A DNA stretch of 48,119 bases from a virus (taxonomy: Duplodnaviria > Heunggongvirae > Uroviricota > Caudoviricetes). Below, in pieces: positions 1 through 10,900 of this stretch. How positions within the stretch are numbered: the stretch's first letter is position 1; every line of letters begins with the position of its first letter. The stretch is from the IMG/VR virus record IMGVR_UViG_643348551_000006, positions 1 through 48,119 of that record. One strand, written 5' to 3'. A program made the translations under genes and the position numbers. The notes under the pieces were generated by a model that did not search any database, was not told the DNA's origin, and saw nothing but the letters and a program-made list of their open reading frames with translations.

Positions 1-1284
1 TTACAGACTTCTGGAAGGTTGCGCAGCTCTTACAACACGCGGTTGATCTTCCGCGGCGTCTTCCAGCGCACTTAAATCACGGTCTTTCACTTCTGGCATT
101 TTCAGCGCAGAGATTAAACCAATCACTGAATATGCCATGATCATAATGGCGATCGGATACCAGGATTCCGTCATGGTGCAGAAAATACCCGCCAGGATAG
201 GACCAAAACCGGAAGCGATAAGACCACCAATTTCTTTAGAAATAGCCATCCGGGTAAAGCGGTTTTTACAGCCGAACATTTCTGCCATGGTAATGTTTTC
301 CAGAGCAAATAATCCCAGCACCGCACAGTTATGAATCACAATCAGTGCAACCATAATGGTGCTCGGGGCATAGCTTTTATCTACGATGATAGAAAGCATT
401 GGCCATGCCAGCACAATCGCGGAGGTATTCATAATAATATACGGGATCCGGCGACCAATTTTATCGGATAACCAACCAAGGAACGGAATGGTCATAAAGC
501 CGAGAATCGAACTGATCATCAATGCATCTGTTGGAATTGCTTTGTTAAACAATAACGTCTGCACTAAATAGCCTGCAAGGAAAGTCTGAATTAAACCTGA
601 GTTACCCGCCTGACCAAAACGCAGCCCTGTTGCCAGCCAGAAGGATTTGCTCTGGAACATGCTACCAGCAGGTGCAGGTTTTGCTGTCGGTTGGTTGCTG
701 TCATTAACCTTCTCAAAGACCGGGCTTTCTTTCAGATTCATACGCAACCAGATAGCAAAGACCATCACGACAACGCTCGCCAGGAACGGTATACGCCATC
801 CCCACGCCAGCAGTTCCTCTTTACTGAGAATGAAGAACATAAAGGCCCAGATTGCCGTTGCGCTCAAGGTTCCGCAGTTAGTTCCCATAGCTACAAATGA
901 GGAGATAATTCCGCGCTTACCTTTTGGCGCATATTCCGCCAGCATCGTACCGGCACCGGAAATTTCCGCACCTGCACCCAACCCCTGAATAATACGCAGC
1001 GTCACCAGCAAGATGGGGGCAAAAACACCAATCTGTGCATAGGTCGGTAACACACCAATTAAGGTGGTACAGATCCCCATCATGGTGATGGTAATAAAGA
1101 GCACTTTTTTACGCCCTATTCTGTCGCCCATTTTGCCGAAAATAAATGCTCCGACAATACGCGCCACATAACCTGCACCGTAGGTTCCCATTGCCAAAAT
1201 TAACGCCATTGCCGTTGATGATTCAGGAAAAAATATTTCATGAAACACTAACGCTGCGCCGAGCGAATATAACTGGAAATCCAT
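1..1284 (-). CDS. ydfJ: MFS-superfamily transporter (metabolite:H+ symporter type), complete 427 aa; host gene flanking the prophage
   Basis: 427-aa ORF with many hydrophobic segments and the MFS loop motif GKMGDRIGRKK. Resembles E. coli YdfJ/ShiA/KgtP-type transporters; the ydfJ symbol is tentative and leans on the known Qin-prophage neighbourhood. Confidence 0.8.
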   Translation of the reverse strand: MDFQLYSLGAALVFHEIFFPESSTAMALILAMGTYGAGYVARIVGAFIFGKMGDRIGRKKVLFITITMMGICTTLIGVLPTYAQIGVFAPILLVTLRIIQGLGAGAEISGAGTMLAEYAPKGKRGIISSFVAMGTNCGTLSATAIWAFMFFILSKEELLAWGWRIPFLASVVVMVFAIWLRMNLKESPVFEKVNDSNQPTAKPAPAGSMFQSKSFWLATGLRFGQAGNSGLIQTFLAGYLVQTLLFNKAIPTDALMISSILGFMTIPFLGWLSDKIGRRIPYIIMNTSAIVLAWPMLSIIVDKSYAPSTIMVALIVIHNCAVLGLFALENITMAEMFGCKNRFTRMAISKEIGGLIASGFGPILAGIFCTMTESWYPIAIMIMAYSVIGLISALKMPEVKDRDLSALEDAAEDQPRVVRAAQPSRSL

Positions 1285-1555
1285 AATTCATAGATGTTTT
1301 TTACCATCCTGTGGATTTTTTGACGTTTTCTAAGTTTTTTCAGGTAGTTGTATTTTTTCTAAAAACCCATGATCTCGATTTTGCTGTTTATCTGAGGCCT
1401 TTTTATGTCCCATATATGCCCCAAAGGTGCTCCATGCAAAATATCTGGCGTAGTCTTCTTTCTTGCCAGTAGTTTTAGAGCTTTCACAATCCAGTCTCCT
1501 CCGCTAAAATTGATCACGGAAGACCTTCATATTAGAACTTGCTATACTCAAAAGC

Positions 1556-1625
1556 TAAAAGCCCGACTGTTGACGCAGCCGGGCTTTCATTTTTCAGATA
1601 CAAAAAAACCGCTCATGGCGGCTTA
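1556..1625. terminator. Back-to-back hairpins with flanking T/A runs between tfa and the host transporter gene (bidirectional terminator candidate)
   Basis: Stem AGCCCG...CGGGCT followed by TTCATTTTT on the plus strand; stem CCGC..GCGG followed by a T-run on the minus strand immediately after the tfa stop. Confidence 0.4.
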
Positions 1626-1629
1626 TTCA

Positions 1630-2202
1630 TTACTCAACGTCAAGCGCTCGAATTGAAACCAAATCATCCAGGCCGCTCAACCTCTCTTTCATCTCCCGCT
1701 GGCGACGATAAATTTCGTCGTTGCGATCGACCTGCGCCTGCGCCATTGCTGCAGCCAGTTCTTCCAGTTCCGGCATCGACAGTTTCACCTGTTGATTATC
1801 GGCGTCACCCCACGTCAGAGCGGTTCGTGCTGTATCGAATTTCGCAGCCATTACCACCGGATAAAGACGGGCCAGCGAATCAGGGCCAGCATTCCAGGTG
1901 TGGTCGTTCCATTCGAACGTGAACGGCTTCGCCTCCTGCTCTGTACGCCACGCTTCGATTTCCCGCTTTTTGGCATCTTTCGCTACGGTGATAAGTTCAG
2001 GTGTTATGGTGAACGGGGCGATTTCACCCCATTTGCCACTCTGCAGTTCCTCCCAGATTTGCTGGCCTGTCGTTTCAGTGTCTTCTTGTGTGGCTGTATA
2101 GGGAATGGGGGCCTCCATCCCTTCAAATAAAACCTCACAGTCAATTGCGCCACTTTCAAGATAGCGGGCATTTCCTATTTTTTTTATTTCCATAAAATTC
2201 AC
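1630..2202 (-). CDS. tfa: Tail fibre assembly (chaperone) protein
   Basis: 190-aa ORF immediately downstream of the Stf-like gene with almost no gap, the canonical stf-tfa arrangement; composition typical of prophage Tfa chaperones. Confidence 0.75.
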   Translation of the reverse strand: MNFMEIKKIGNARYLESGAIDCEVLFEGMEAPIPYTATQEDTETTGQQIWEELQSGKWGEIAPFTITPELITVAKDAKKREIEAWRTEQEAKPFTFEWNDHTWNAGPDSLARLYPVVMAAKFDTARTALTWGDADNQQVKLSMPELEELAAAMAQAQVDRNDEIYRRQREMKERLSGLDDLVSIRALDVE

Positions 2203-3975
2203 CTAATAAACCCGGATAAATAGACCAATCATGATGCCATCAGAACCCGCACTCCCCAGCCGTGAGCCCGACAACGCCCGGTATGTCCCCGAAAACGCAC
2301 CGCCTGCATACACAGAAATATCGCTGGTTTGTTGAATCGCGGGGTAGTCTGTTATCCCGACACACTTAAACTCAATAATCATAAGACGTGAGCCGGGATA
2401 CAGGTCACCACGATTTATCTGACGATTTGAATCTGAGCTGTAAGTTCCCTTGTACCCCGCCAGTACAAGACTGCCAATACCGTATCCGTCATATGTCGTT
2501 CCGGGGGTAATCCCGGACAGCGTAGCGACAACGGACGACGGCGTGTATTTCAGGGATTCCCACTCCATCAGTTTGCCAGTGGGCGAGTACCAATTCACAT
2601 GAACGCCACCATTAACACCGTAGAAAATAATATTTTTAGGTTGTTTTTCTGCTTCACCACTGGTATCGGCACTCGTCCAGATGACGTCCACAACACCAAT
2701 AAATAGTTCCCCCTCTATTACGACCCCGTTTTCCGGCCTCGTACTCACGGCATAACGTCCGGGGAGAGCGTTTTTTGCCCACGAGAGGAACATTGACCCT
2801 GACTGAAAATACACTCTGTCTTTGACAGTAAATATTTTCCCGAATCCGGACATGCCGGGGACAGCAAGACGACCGTCTGTGCAGTCGTAAATATCTGCCT
2901 GTGGTTCCATCGTGGCCGCGCTTTTTAGCCCCAGATTATCACGTGACTCCTGTTGTGCTTGTTCACCTGCTGCCGCAATCTCTGACAGATTACCGGACGT
3001 TTTCAGGGTGTTCGCCAGCAGGACATCAATGTCGTTTTTTGCCTGCTCAGCTGCGCGGGCATAACCTGCGGCTACCCGTGCGCTCTGTTCAGATGAGGCC
3101 GCGCTTTCCCCCGCACTTTTCACATCTTCCGCAGTGGCCTTTCTGTCACAGGCTGTGGCCGTTGCATCCTGTCTGGCGTTCTCCGCAAAGCGCTCAGCAT
3201 CATCACGTGCTGCTGCGGTTGCCGTCACATCCTGTGCGGTCTGCAGTGTGTTTCCTGCAACATTATCGGCGTGACTTTTCGCGTTTTGCGCACTTCGGGC
3301 TGCATTATCAGCGTGACTTTTTGCGCTCTGTTCGCTTCGGGCAGCGTTATCCGCATTGTTTTTTGATTCCTCTGCGCTGGATGCAGAATCATCTGCTGCC
3401 TGTTGAGCCTGCTTTACTGCATCTGTAACACTCTGCACACCCTGTTGCATCTGTCCAGCATTCTGCTCAACTTCTGCAGCCAGATGTTCAACGTGTTGTT
3501 TATCTTCGGCAACCGCGGTGGCGTTCAGCTGTACGTTATCCGCCAGCGTCTGACAGTCTTCCTTTATCTTCTGCGCATCAGCGACATGTTGCCCGGCCTG
3601 TTGTTCGCTTTCCGCTGCGGATTCGGCGCTCTGCTGCGCCTGTGCCACCATTCTCTCAAAGCGTTTCACCACGTCGGGTTTGAGGTCGCCTTCATCGGGA
3701 GCGGTCAGAAAGTCGTTCAGCGTGCCGGGCTTTGCGTCATCGTATACAGCAATGTCGCCAACACAGTACTCGTCGCGCCAGCCCTGTTTCAGATACACGC
3801 GATATTTTCCGGTCCGGGCCTCAAACGAATACTCCCCGTTATTTCCGGTCACCACATCAGCTTCAGTGCGCATCACCACTTCTGATGTGTTCACCCGGGA
3901 TTTCAGAATAATGTGGCATCCGGACATGGGGATGCCTGCGCCATCAGTCAGCGCACCATAAATTAAAACGGACAT
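2203..3975 (-). CDS. stf: Side tail fibre protein (Stf-like); start placed at internal Met MSVLIYGALTDG
   Basis: N-terminus MSVLIYGALTDGAG...GTLNDFL shared with the upstream fibre and with lambda Stf; repeated ADNAARSxQxAKSH units; C-terminal receptor-binding region of the kind that needs Tfa. Confidence 0.85.
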   Translation of the reverse strand: MSVLIYGALTDGAGIPMSGCHIILKSRVNTSEVVMRTEADVVTGNNGEYSFEARTGKYRVYLKQGWRDEYCVGDIAVYDDAKPGTLNDFLTAPDEGDLKPDVVKRFERMVAQAQQSAESAAESEQQAGQHVADAQKIKEDCQTLADNVQLNATAVAEDKQHVEHLAAEVEQNAGQMQQGVQSVTDAVKQAQQAADDSASSAEESKNNADNAARSEQSAKSHADNAARSAQNAKSHADNVAGNTLQTAQDVTATAAARDDAERFAENARQDATATACDRKATAEDVKSAGESAASSEQSARVAAGYARAAEQAKNDIDVLLANTLKTSGNLSEIAAAGEQAQQESRDNLGLKSAATMEPQADIYDCTDGRLAVPGMSGFGKIFTVKDRVYFQSGSMFLSWAKNALPGRYAVSTRPENGVVIEGELFIGVVDVIWTSADTSGEAEKQPKNIIFYGVNGGVHVNWYSPTGKLMEWESLKYTPSSVVATLSGITPGTTYDGYGIGSLVLAGYKGTYSSDSNRQINRGDLYPGSRLMIIEFKCVGITDYPAIQQTSDISVYAGGAFSGTYRALSGSRLGSAGSDGIMIGLFIRVY

Positions 3976-4254
3976 ATTTTTCTCGCGATAAATTAAATCA
4001 GGAAGATGCTTCCGGAAGCGCAGGTCATTCAATATCCGGCGCGGTCGATGTATCAACACGGTTCAGCAACACCCGATACTTCTTCCGGACTGAAAGCAAT
4101 GATGCCTGTTCCTGTGTTGCATTTACATCTCACCTTTTCACCCGCGATTAACCAACAGCCAGACTTAACAGACATGCTACAACCGGCATCGCAAAATCCA
4201 TAAGGCTTCTAACACCCCATACGCACGGATCAAAACCACCCTGCCACGGCATAT

Positions 4255-4428
4255 TCATACGCTTGCCATGCCCGAACGTTTCAAGCCAGCGTTCTTCTGC
4301 CAGGGGGCACTCACAACGAAGAACGTACAACCGACTATCGCACCGTAAACCCAGCTTCCGGTAAAAAGACCAACCAGTATCTGCGCAGCCACATCACAAA
4401 GCACATGAAGGAAAAGTGTTATATCCAT
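4255..4428 (-). CDS. Small hydrophobic ORF (57 aa) between the two fibre genes; may continue by frameshift into the 4148..4330 frame
   Basis: ATG directly after the fibre stop, preceded by AAGGGGGGG; translation MDITLFLHVLCDVAAQILVGLFTGSWVYGAIVGCTFFVV... The overlapping 60-aa track ORF in another frame suggests a frameshifted or decayed gene. Confidence 0.25.
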   Translation of the reverse strand: MDITLFLHVLCDVAAQILVGLFTGSWVYGAIVGCTFFVVSAPWQKNAGLKRSGMASV

Positions 4429-4438
4429 TATCCCCCCC

Positions 4439-7267
4439 TTATCCGATATCGCTTCGGGAAGTTGATAACAACTTTAATTCTGACTCAAGTTCATCAACTC
4501 TTTTTGTCAGTTTCTGAATATGGTGAATAAGCGGAACAACCAGACGATCATACATCACACCTTCAGCAACCATCCCATTATCAGACGCTATACCTGGATC
4601 ATCTTTGTCTGTAAGAGGACGCCAGTGAACATATTGCGGTGCTATCTCTCCGACTTCTTCTGCAATAAGGCCATAATGTCCCCAGTCCTTTCTGTCCCTT
4701 TCACAAGTCGAGCGATACCATACAGGACGAAGTTTCAACAGCTCATCCGCGTACTTGTCCTCTAAAGACTCGATATCCGTCTTGTATCGACGGGATGAAG
4801 TCGAACGAAAAACCATGTTGTAGCCAGCAATCGGACTTACGAACATGTTAGGACTATCGGTTGTTGTCTGAATGTCGAATATTTGCAAACAATAACAAGT
4901 TAACGTCTGGAAGTTTGCATCTAACGAGCCAGCTTCAAGTCTTGACGATGTGAGAAAATTCCTGTTTAAATTGTTAATCTCCGATATGCTGTAAGTTCCT
5001 ATCTCAAGTGGTGTCGGCAGGTTTTTAGTGTTGTACTGCCTGCGCCAGCCTGGCGAATAACCATCCCCATTGTAAACGTAAATAAATTCGGCGTTTACTT
5101 TTGCACCGGAAACGCTGGTAGTCGTTGCGGTGGTGATCCTGATTGTGTAGTTAGTCATGCCAAAGCTGGTTATTTCAATCAGTGCGCCAGCAAGCGGAAT
5201 AGTGCCGCATTTTGTTTCGCTATCCGGTATTGAGGCGTTATTAGCATAAGCCCACGAACAGCGAGCAATCCATGTACGCTGATTGAATGCGCCGTTATTT
5301 TGCAGCAGTGTAATAAATGACGATGTGGATAACGATTGTCCTGAATCGCCAGTATTCAGCCATGCCTGAGACGAAGCAGCAGCGCCGATGTTACCAGGCG
5401 TTAGAGTTATATCTTTCGTGCCGTCAAAAGCCACATTGTTAATGCTTCTCGCTGTCTGCAATTTGGTGGCGGTTGCCGCGTTCCCCTTCAGTGCCCCGGT
5501 GATCCCGCCAGTAACAGACAACGGACCTGAAATAGTCCCTCCAGTTGTTGGCAGTGCTCCAATATCTGATGGTGTAGGTTTCTGATGTGAGCTAAACATC
5601 GTATAAACAACACCATCGGTAACGCCGGAAGGCTTACTCGCTGAATATGCTGGCGAGGTATAAACAGAAACTGACGCATTTGCAGTGCAATCCCAATGGA
5701 TATTTACACTCGTCGCATAATTGCCAATCTCAACGTAAATATCATATGTATCGCCGGATGTGTTGATCCAGGCGAAATTTGTTAATCCTGCGCCTGTTCT
5801 TTTCCACAAAGCTCCAGTAATCCCTTTGGGATTTCCATTGCCTGCTCGCAAAACCAGTTCTGAAATGCCTGCCTGCTGTGGGGAGCCGACGTTGTAACCA
5901 GCGCCACCAATCAATGTGATGTAAACGATGGAACTCGCTTGTGGCATGGTAACCGTAGCCAGTTTGAACCACCCTGCCCCGCCAGAGAAAGACATCGTTA
6001 CTGAATTGAAAGTGCCAATATCTTTCGGCGTTAATGTTATATCCGCTGTCAGTGCTTTCCCGTTAACTTTTCGGTTAGATGGTACCCTGCCATTCGCATT
6101 GTCATTCGCTGCTTTAACTGCCTTCGGTGTCGCGGCAAGCGTTTCAGATGTACTGTTGGTTGCACTACTGAGCTGAACGATCCCCTTTTTCGTCGTGCTC
6201 GCATCCTCAAGCCCCACGGCGGATGCAATATCCTCCGCCCGTTTTGCTGCTGTCTCGGCGCGCGTTGCTGCAGATTCCGCCTTACTTTTGCTCTGAGCTG
6301 CCGCTGTCGCACTGCCAGCAGCCTCTGTCGCCTTCGTGGATGCCGTCGTGGCACTTCCCTTCGCTGCTGACGCCTGTTTAGTTGCCTCATCTTTTGAAGC
6401 AGACGCCGATGAGGCCGATGACGCCGCCGAACTGGCGGACGATGCGGCAGCCGTTTTTGAGGATTCTGCGCTGGTTTCCGACGCTTTCGCGTTCGTTTCG
6501 GATGTCTTCGCTGCGGAAGCTGACCTCGCTGCTGCGCTGGCCTGTTCAGTGGCTTCGCCAGCCTTCGTTGTGGCTGTTGAAGCGGACGAGGCAGCGCTTT
6601 CTGCCGATTTTCCGGCGGCGGTGGCACTGGCTGAGGCCTGCCCGGCACTTGTTGACGCGGCACCGGCACTGGTGGCAGCCGCGCTTTTTGAAGACTCTGC
6701 AGCGGCAGCACTTTTTGATGCTTCAGTGGCCTTTGTTGATGCCGTTCCTGCGCTGGAAGATGCTGACTGAGCAGATGATGCAGCCTGTCCGGCTGACGTG
6801 CTGGCGGCACGTGCTGAGCCTGCAGCATCGGTTGCATGAGTTGCCGCCTCGCTGGCTGATGCACTGGCATCACTGGCTGACTTCTTCGCGGCTGCCGTGT
6901 TCTGTGCCACTGCGGACGCGTTACGCGCCACCTCTTCCACCATCAGTTCAAAACGGCGCAGTGCCTCCGGACGGGCATCATCCTCCGTCATGGCACCGAG
7001 AAAATCATTCAGCGTACCGGGTCGGGAATCTTCATGCACGGTGATGGTCCCGGCATGTGACGGCGGGAATCCCACCACCAACAGAATAACGCTGTACTGA
7101 CCGTACTCAACGTCCATGCTGTAACGCCCGGCTTCATCCGGATTTTCTGAGGCCACTGTGTTCACCACCACCGTGGTGCTGTTACGTTTTGCTTTCAGCT
7201 GGATTGTGCAGTTCTGTATCGGTTTACCTGCACCGTCTTTCAGTACACCTGAAATCTTTACTGCCAT
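4439..7267 (-). CDS. Second side tail fibre protein with Ala/Ser-rich repetitive shaft and C-terminal self-cleaving intramolecular chaperone (peptidase S74-like) domain; start at MAVKISGVLKDG
   Basis: N-terminal Stf-type anchor (MAVKISGVLKDGAG...GTLNDFLGAMTEDD); long low-complexity A/S/T region; C-terminus ...RRYKTDIESLEDKYADELLKLRPVWYR...GLIAEEV...VVPLIHHIQKL typical of endosialidase-type chaperone domains. Confidence 0.85.
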   Translation of the reverse strand: MAVKISGVLKDGAGKPIQNCTIQLKAKRNSTTVVVNTVASENPDEAGRYSMDVEYGQYSVILLVVGFPPSHAGTITVHEDSRPGTLNDFLGAMTEDDARPEALRRFELMVEEVARNASAVAQNTAAAKKSASDASASASEAATHATDAAGSARAASTSAGQAASSAQSASSSAGTASTKATEASKSAAAAESSKSAAATSAGAASTSAGQASASATAAGKSAESAASSASTATTKAGEATEQASAAARSASAAKTSETNAKASETSAESSKTAAASSASSAASSASSASASKDEATKQASAAKGSATTASTKATEAAGSATAAAQSKSKAESAATRAETAAKRAEDIASAVGLEDASTTKKGIVQLSSATNSTSETLAATPKAVKAANDNANGRVPSNRKVNGKALTADITLTPKDIGTFNSVTMSFSGGAGWFKLATVTMPQASSIVYITLIGGAGYNVGSPQQAGISELVLRAGNGNPKGITGALWKRTGAGLTNFAWINTSGDTYDIYVEIGNYATSVNIHWDCTANASVSVYTSPAYSASKPSGVTDGVVYTMFSSHQKPTPSDIGALPTTGGTISGPLSVTGGITGALKGNAATATKLQTARSINNVAFDGTKDITLTPGNIGAAASSQAWLNTGDSGQSLSTSSFITLLQNNGAFNQRTWIARCSWAYANNASIPDSETKCGTIPLAGALIEITSFGMTNYTIRITTATTTSVSGAKVNAEFIYVYNGDGYSPGWRRQYNTKNLPTPLEIGTYSISEINNLNRNFLTSSRLEAGSLDANFQTLTCYCLQIFDIQTTTDSPNMFVSPIAGYNMVFRSTSSRRYKTDIESLEDKYADELLKLRPVWYRSTCERDRKDWGHYGLIAEEVGEIAPQYVHWRPLTDKDDPGIASDNGMVAEGVMYDRLVVPLIHHIQKLTKRVDELESELKLLSTSRSDIG

Positions 7268-7331
7268 ATTCACCCCACAAAAAAGCCCGCCAGAATCTGC
7301 GGGCTGCCATAACACTGTGTTACCTGGCTAA

Positions 7332-7931
7332 TCAGAATTTATAACCGACACCCACGATGAAACCGTCAGTACGCCAGTCGCCACTGCCGGAACCTTCATA
7401 AGCAATATCAATGGCCACGGATTCTGTCGGGTTAAACTGCACGCCAGCTCCCCACGCCAGAGACGTGTTGCTGTGGCGACCGTCATCACTTCCGGTCAGC
7501 ACATCGTGCGTTTTCCCCTTGTTGTCAGTTACGCGGAGATAATCCCCGGAGAAAGTCGACACACGGCTGTAAGCCATACCCGCCATCGCATACGCGCTGA
7601 ACCATTCATTCACGCGCACAGACGGCCCCGCCATCACGCTGAACCAGCGGTTACGCACGGAATCCTCATGCCAGCGGGTATCGCTGTAATGCGTTTTTTG
7701 CTCATCTTCAGCGTTGGCATAACTGAATGACGTAATCAGCCCCAGCGTGTCCGTAAACTCATAACGGTATTTCACGTTAATGCCCTTCAGGTCATCGCTG
7801 CCTGGCATATCAGTATGGGTCTGAAGATACCCGGCGCTTAGTGTGGACTGATGCTCTGCTGCAATCGCTGGCGTACCAGCGGCGACCAGCCAGACTACTG
7901 CAGACAGAATAACAGCACATAATTTACGCAT
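7332..7931 (-). CDS. lom: Outer-membrane protein Lom (Ail/Lom family), with signal peptide
   Basis: 199 aa; signal peptide MRKLCAVILSAVVWLVAAGTPAIA; beta-barrel ending GVGYKF; sits between J and the fibre genes as in lambda. Confidence 0.9.
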   Translation of the reverse strand: MRKLCAVILSAVVWLVAAGTPAIAAEHQSTLSAGYLQTHTDMPGSDDLKGINVKYRYEFTDTLGLITSFSYANAEDEQKTHYSDTRWHEDSVRNRWFSVMAGPSVRVNEWFSAYAMAGMAYSRVSTFSGDYLRVTDNKGKTHDVLTGSDDGRHSNTSLAWGAGVQFNPTESVAIDIAYEGSGSGDWRTDGFIVGVGYKF

Positions 7932-7998
7932 AATTACCTCTCGCTTTTCTGCAATAAAAAAGGCGCCATTTCTGGCGCCCGTATTTGGGTTATAAAAT

Positions 7999-10900
7999 TC
8001 AACTGATACTGATGCCTGCAGTGGCTTTCTTCATCACCACAACCAGCAAATCGCTGATACTTGCTGTGGGATACCAGTTATTTACCAGCCATGCTGACAC
8101 CGAAAACTCCAGTGTCATGTGACCGTGACCGGCAGGCATATCAATAACACCACTGTAAATCAGCGTATTATCCAGCGCGGTACGGTTATAAATTTCAGCA
8201 CCGTTTTTCCGTACTATCAGGCGGCATGACGAATAAATATCGTTATTCTCCCGCTCATGTTTAGCGCCGCTGAATGCCACCGCCGGAATAACAATCTGCC
8301 GGTCAAACGGCTGATCGTCATAAACCCTGACGGTGATGGTCCCTGATGGCCACCGTTCCGGTGCACGGGAGTCCCGGGGGAAAGCTTTGCCCACTGTTTT
8401 AACGAGATCGCCTTCAATCTGGTTGGCGGACAGTTTTCCCAGAACCCGACAGTTCTCGTTAATCGTGACGTTGTTGAGCGTCCCGGAGTTCGCATTCACG
8501 TTACCGCTGATATCGGCATTTTTCGCCGTCAGCCGCCCGTCCGGTGTCAGGGAAAATACCGGAGGATTACCGCCGCTGGTAATGGTGGGAGCCGTCAGGC
8601 GTTTCAGGAACACTTCGTTCATGAATATCTGATCGCCCTGCCCAACAAACATCGGCTTTGTGTTGCCATTCGCAGGATTAATCATCGCAATCCTGTCTGC
8701 CGCCAGCAGCACCTGACTCTGCATGCCGTCAGGGGTGTTCTCAATACCGGCACCAATACCCGCGATATAAAGGCGTCCGTCCTGCATCTGCTGCAGCTTC
8801 ACAGCCCACATGCTGTTCAGGTTATTATTTGTATCAACCTGAATCTTCTGTATCTGCTGAATTGCCGCACTCTGGTCTTCCAGTTTCTTATTGACGGTCT
8901 GCGTGATTTCATTGCTGACATCCGTAATGGACGTCCTGATTTCAGCCAGGTCAGGCGCAAGCTGACCGTTATCAATCTGCGTCCACAGCTCCTGAGCCAG
9001 ATGGGTTTTCCCTATCTCGCCTTTGAAAAAATCCAGATAACCGGATGCATCATCACTCGGCTGACCAACAGCCTCCACGAATGCCGATTTGCCAACGGTG
9101 TTCACACTGCGGATATAAAAGTAATAATCATGGCCCGGTTTGATATTGAGACTGGCGGCTATCCAGTACAGCGCCGTGCCAAGATAGCGTGCTGTGGTTT
9201 CAACCTGCCTGATATCGGTAATCCGCTTTTCCGAGAACCAGAACTCAAACTGTACCGTCGGGTCATAAACGGCAAGATGCGGCGTGGCGGTTATCTGAAA
9301 ATAGCCCGGCGTCAGCTCAATCCGCGACGGTGCTGCCGGTGCGGCAATCCGGAACGATACCGACGCCGGATCGCCCTGCTGCCCCCGGGCATTTACCGCC
9401 CGGACTGTCAGCCTGTAGTTCCCCAGCGCCAGTTGCGTGAAGCGGTATGTGGTTTCCGTCGTCCGGGCCGTGCTGACCAGCCGCTCACTGCTGTCATCCG
9501 CTGTTACGGTCAGGCGAAGCAGGAAGCTCACGCCCTTCACCACCTTCGGCGTGTCCCAGCGGGCCAGCACCTGGTATTCCCCGCTGTCTGCGGTGACTTC
9601 TGCGGTCAGGTGCTGCACCGCTGGCGGCGTGACACCATTTACCGTGCCGCTCTGGTCGCCGTCAAAGTGCGCCCCGTTATCCACGATGGCCTCTTTTTCC
9701 GGTACATGCTGCACGGCGGTGATGGCATACGTGCCGTCGTCGTTCTCACGGATACTCACGCAGCGGAACAGGCGCTGGCGCAGCGTCGGCAGCTTCAGCC
9801 CCCACACGCTGTATCCGGCAACGCCGTCAGGAACACGGCTCACTTTTACCTTCACGCCGTCGGTGACGGACTGGACCTCCACGCTGACCGGATTGCCACT
9901 TCCGTCAACCAGGCTTATCAGCGTGGTGCCGGAGGATGGCAGCGTGATTTCACGGTCGAGCGTCAGCGTCCGGGTCTGGCTGTTCACCGCCAGCACGCGC
10001 CCACCGGTGCTGATACCCGCATAGTCATCATCACAGATTTCAATGACATCGCCCGGCACATGGCGAAGCCCTTCTGCGCCCACGCTGAAGTCCACGGTCT
10101 GCGTTTCCAGCAGCTCTGTTTTAATCAGCCACAGCCCGGCGCGGTGTGCCTGCCCCCGGCTGGTACAGCCAAAAGCATCCATCTTCGTGACATTACGACC
10201 GTAACGGGCAATGGCCTGCGTATCCTCCACAAGCTCTGTCGCCGTCTCCCAGCCGTTGTTCGGGTCAATCCAGTTCACCTCAACGGCATTATGGCGGTCT
10301 TTCAGGGCGCTAAAGCTGTAGCGGAACGGCGCGCCATCATCCGGCATCACCACATTACTGCGGTTATAGGTCCACACCTTATCCGACGGTCGGTCCTGCA
10401 CGAACGTCAGCGTCTGCCCGTTCCATACCGGCATACAGCGCATCGCCGAGCAGAAATCACTGAGCACATCCCACGCCTTACGCTGTGTGGTCAGCCAGGC
10501 ATTACAGGTGATGCGCGGCTCCGTGCCGCCAAAGCCGTCCGGCACTGACTGGTCGCAATGCTGGCCGATGACATACAGCGCCCATTTATCCACATCCGCC
10601 GCACCAAGACGTTTCCCCATGCCGTAGCGCGGATGGGTCAGCATATCCCACAGACACCAGGCCATGTTGTTGCTGTATGCTGGCTTAAACGTTCCGTCCC
10701 AGATACCGCTGTATTGCCGCGTCTGCGGGTTATAGTTCGACGGCACCTGCAGAATGCGCCCGCGCAGATGATAATTACGGCTCACCTGCTGGCTGCCGAA
10801 CTGCTCCGAATCCACCTGCACGCCGACCAGTGCCGTGTTCGGGTAGCACTGTTTCACATCGATGATTTCGGTGTATGACGACCAGAGCGTTTTGTTCTGC

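Noticed and set aside
6049-7044. 274-aa minus-frame and 220-aa and 144-aa plus-strand ORFs rich in Pro/Arg/Gln or Ala/Asp
   Set aside because: Alternative-frame and antisense readings of the Ala/Ser-rich repetitive shaft of the tail fibre gene; low-complexity artefacts.
9001-10548. 515-aa plus-strand ORF (and a 195-aa ORF) antisense to gene J
   Set aside because: Lies entirely inside the strongly supported minus-strand J gene; Arg/Pro/Cys-rich composition typical of shadow ORFs in GC-rich coding DNA; no RBS context.
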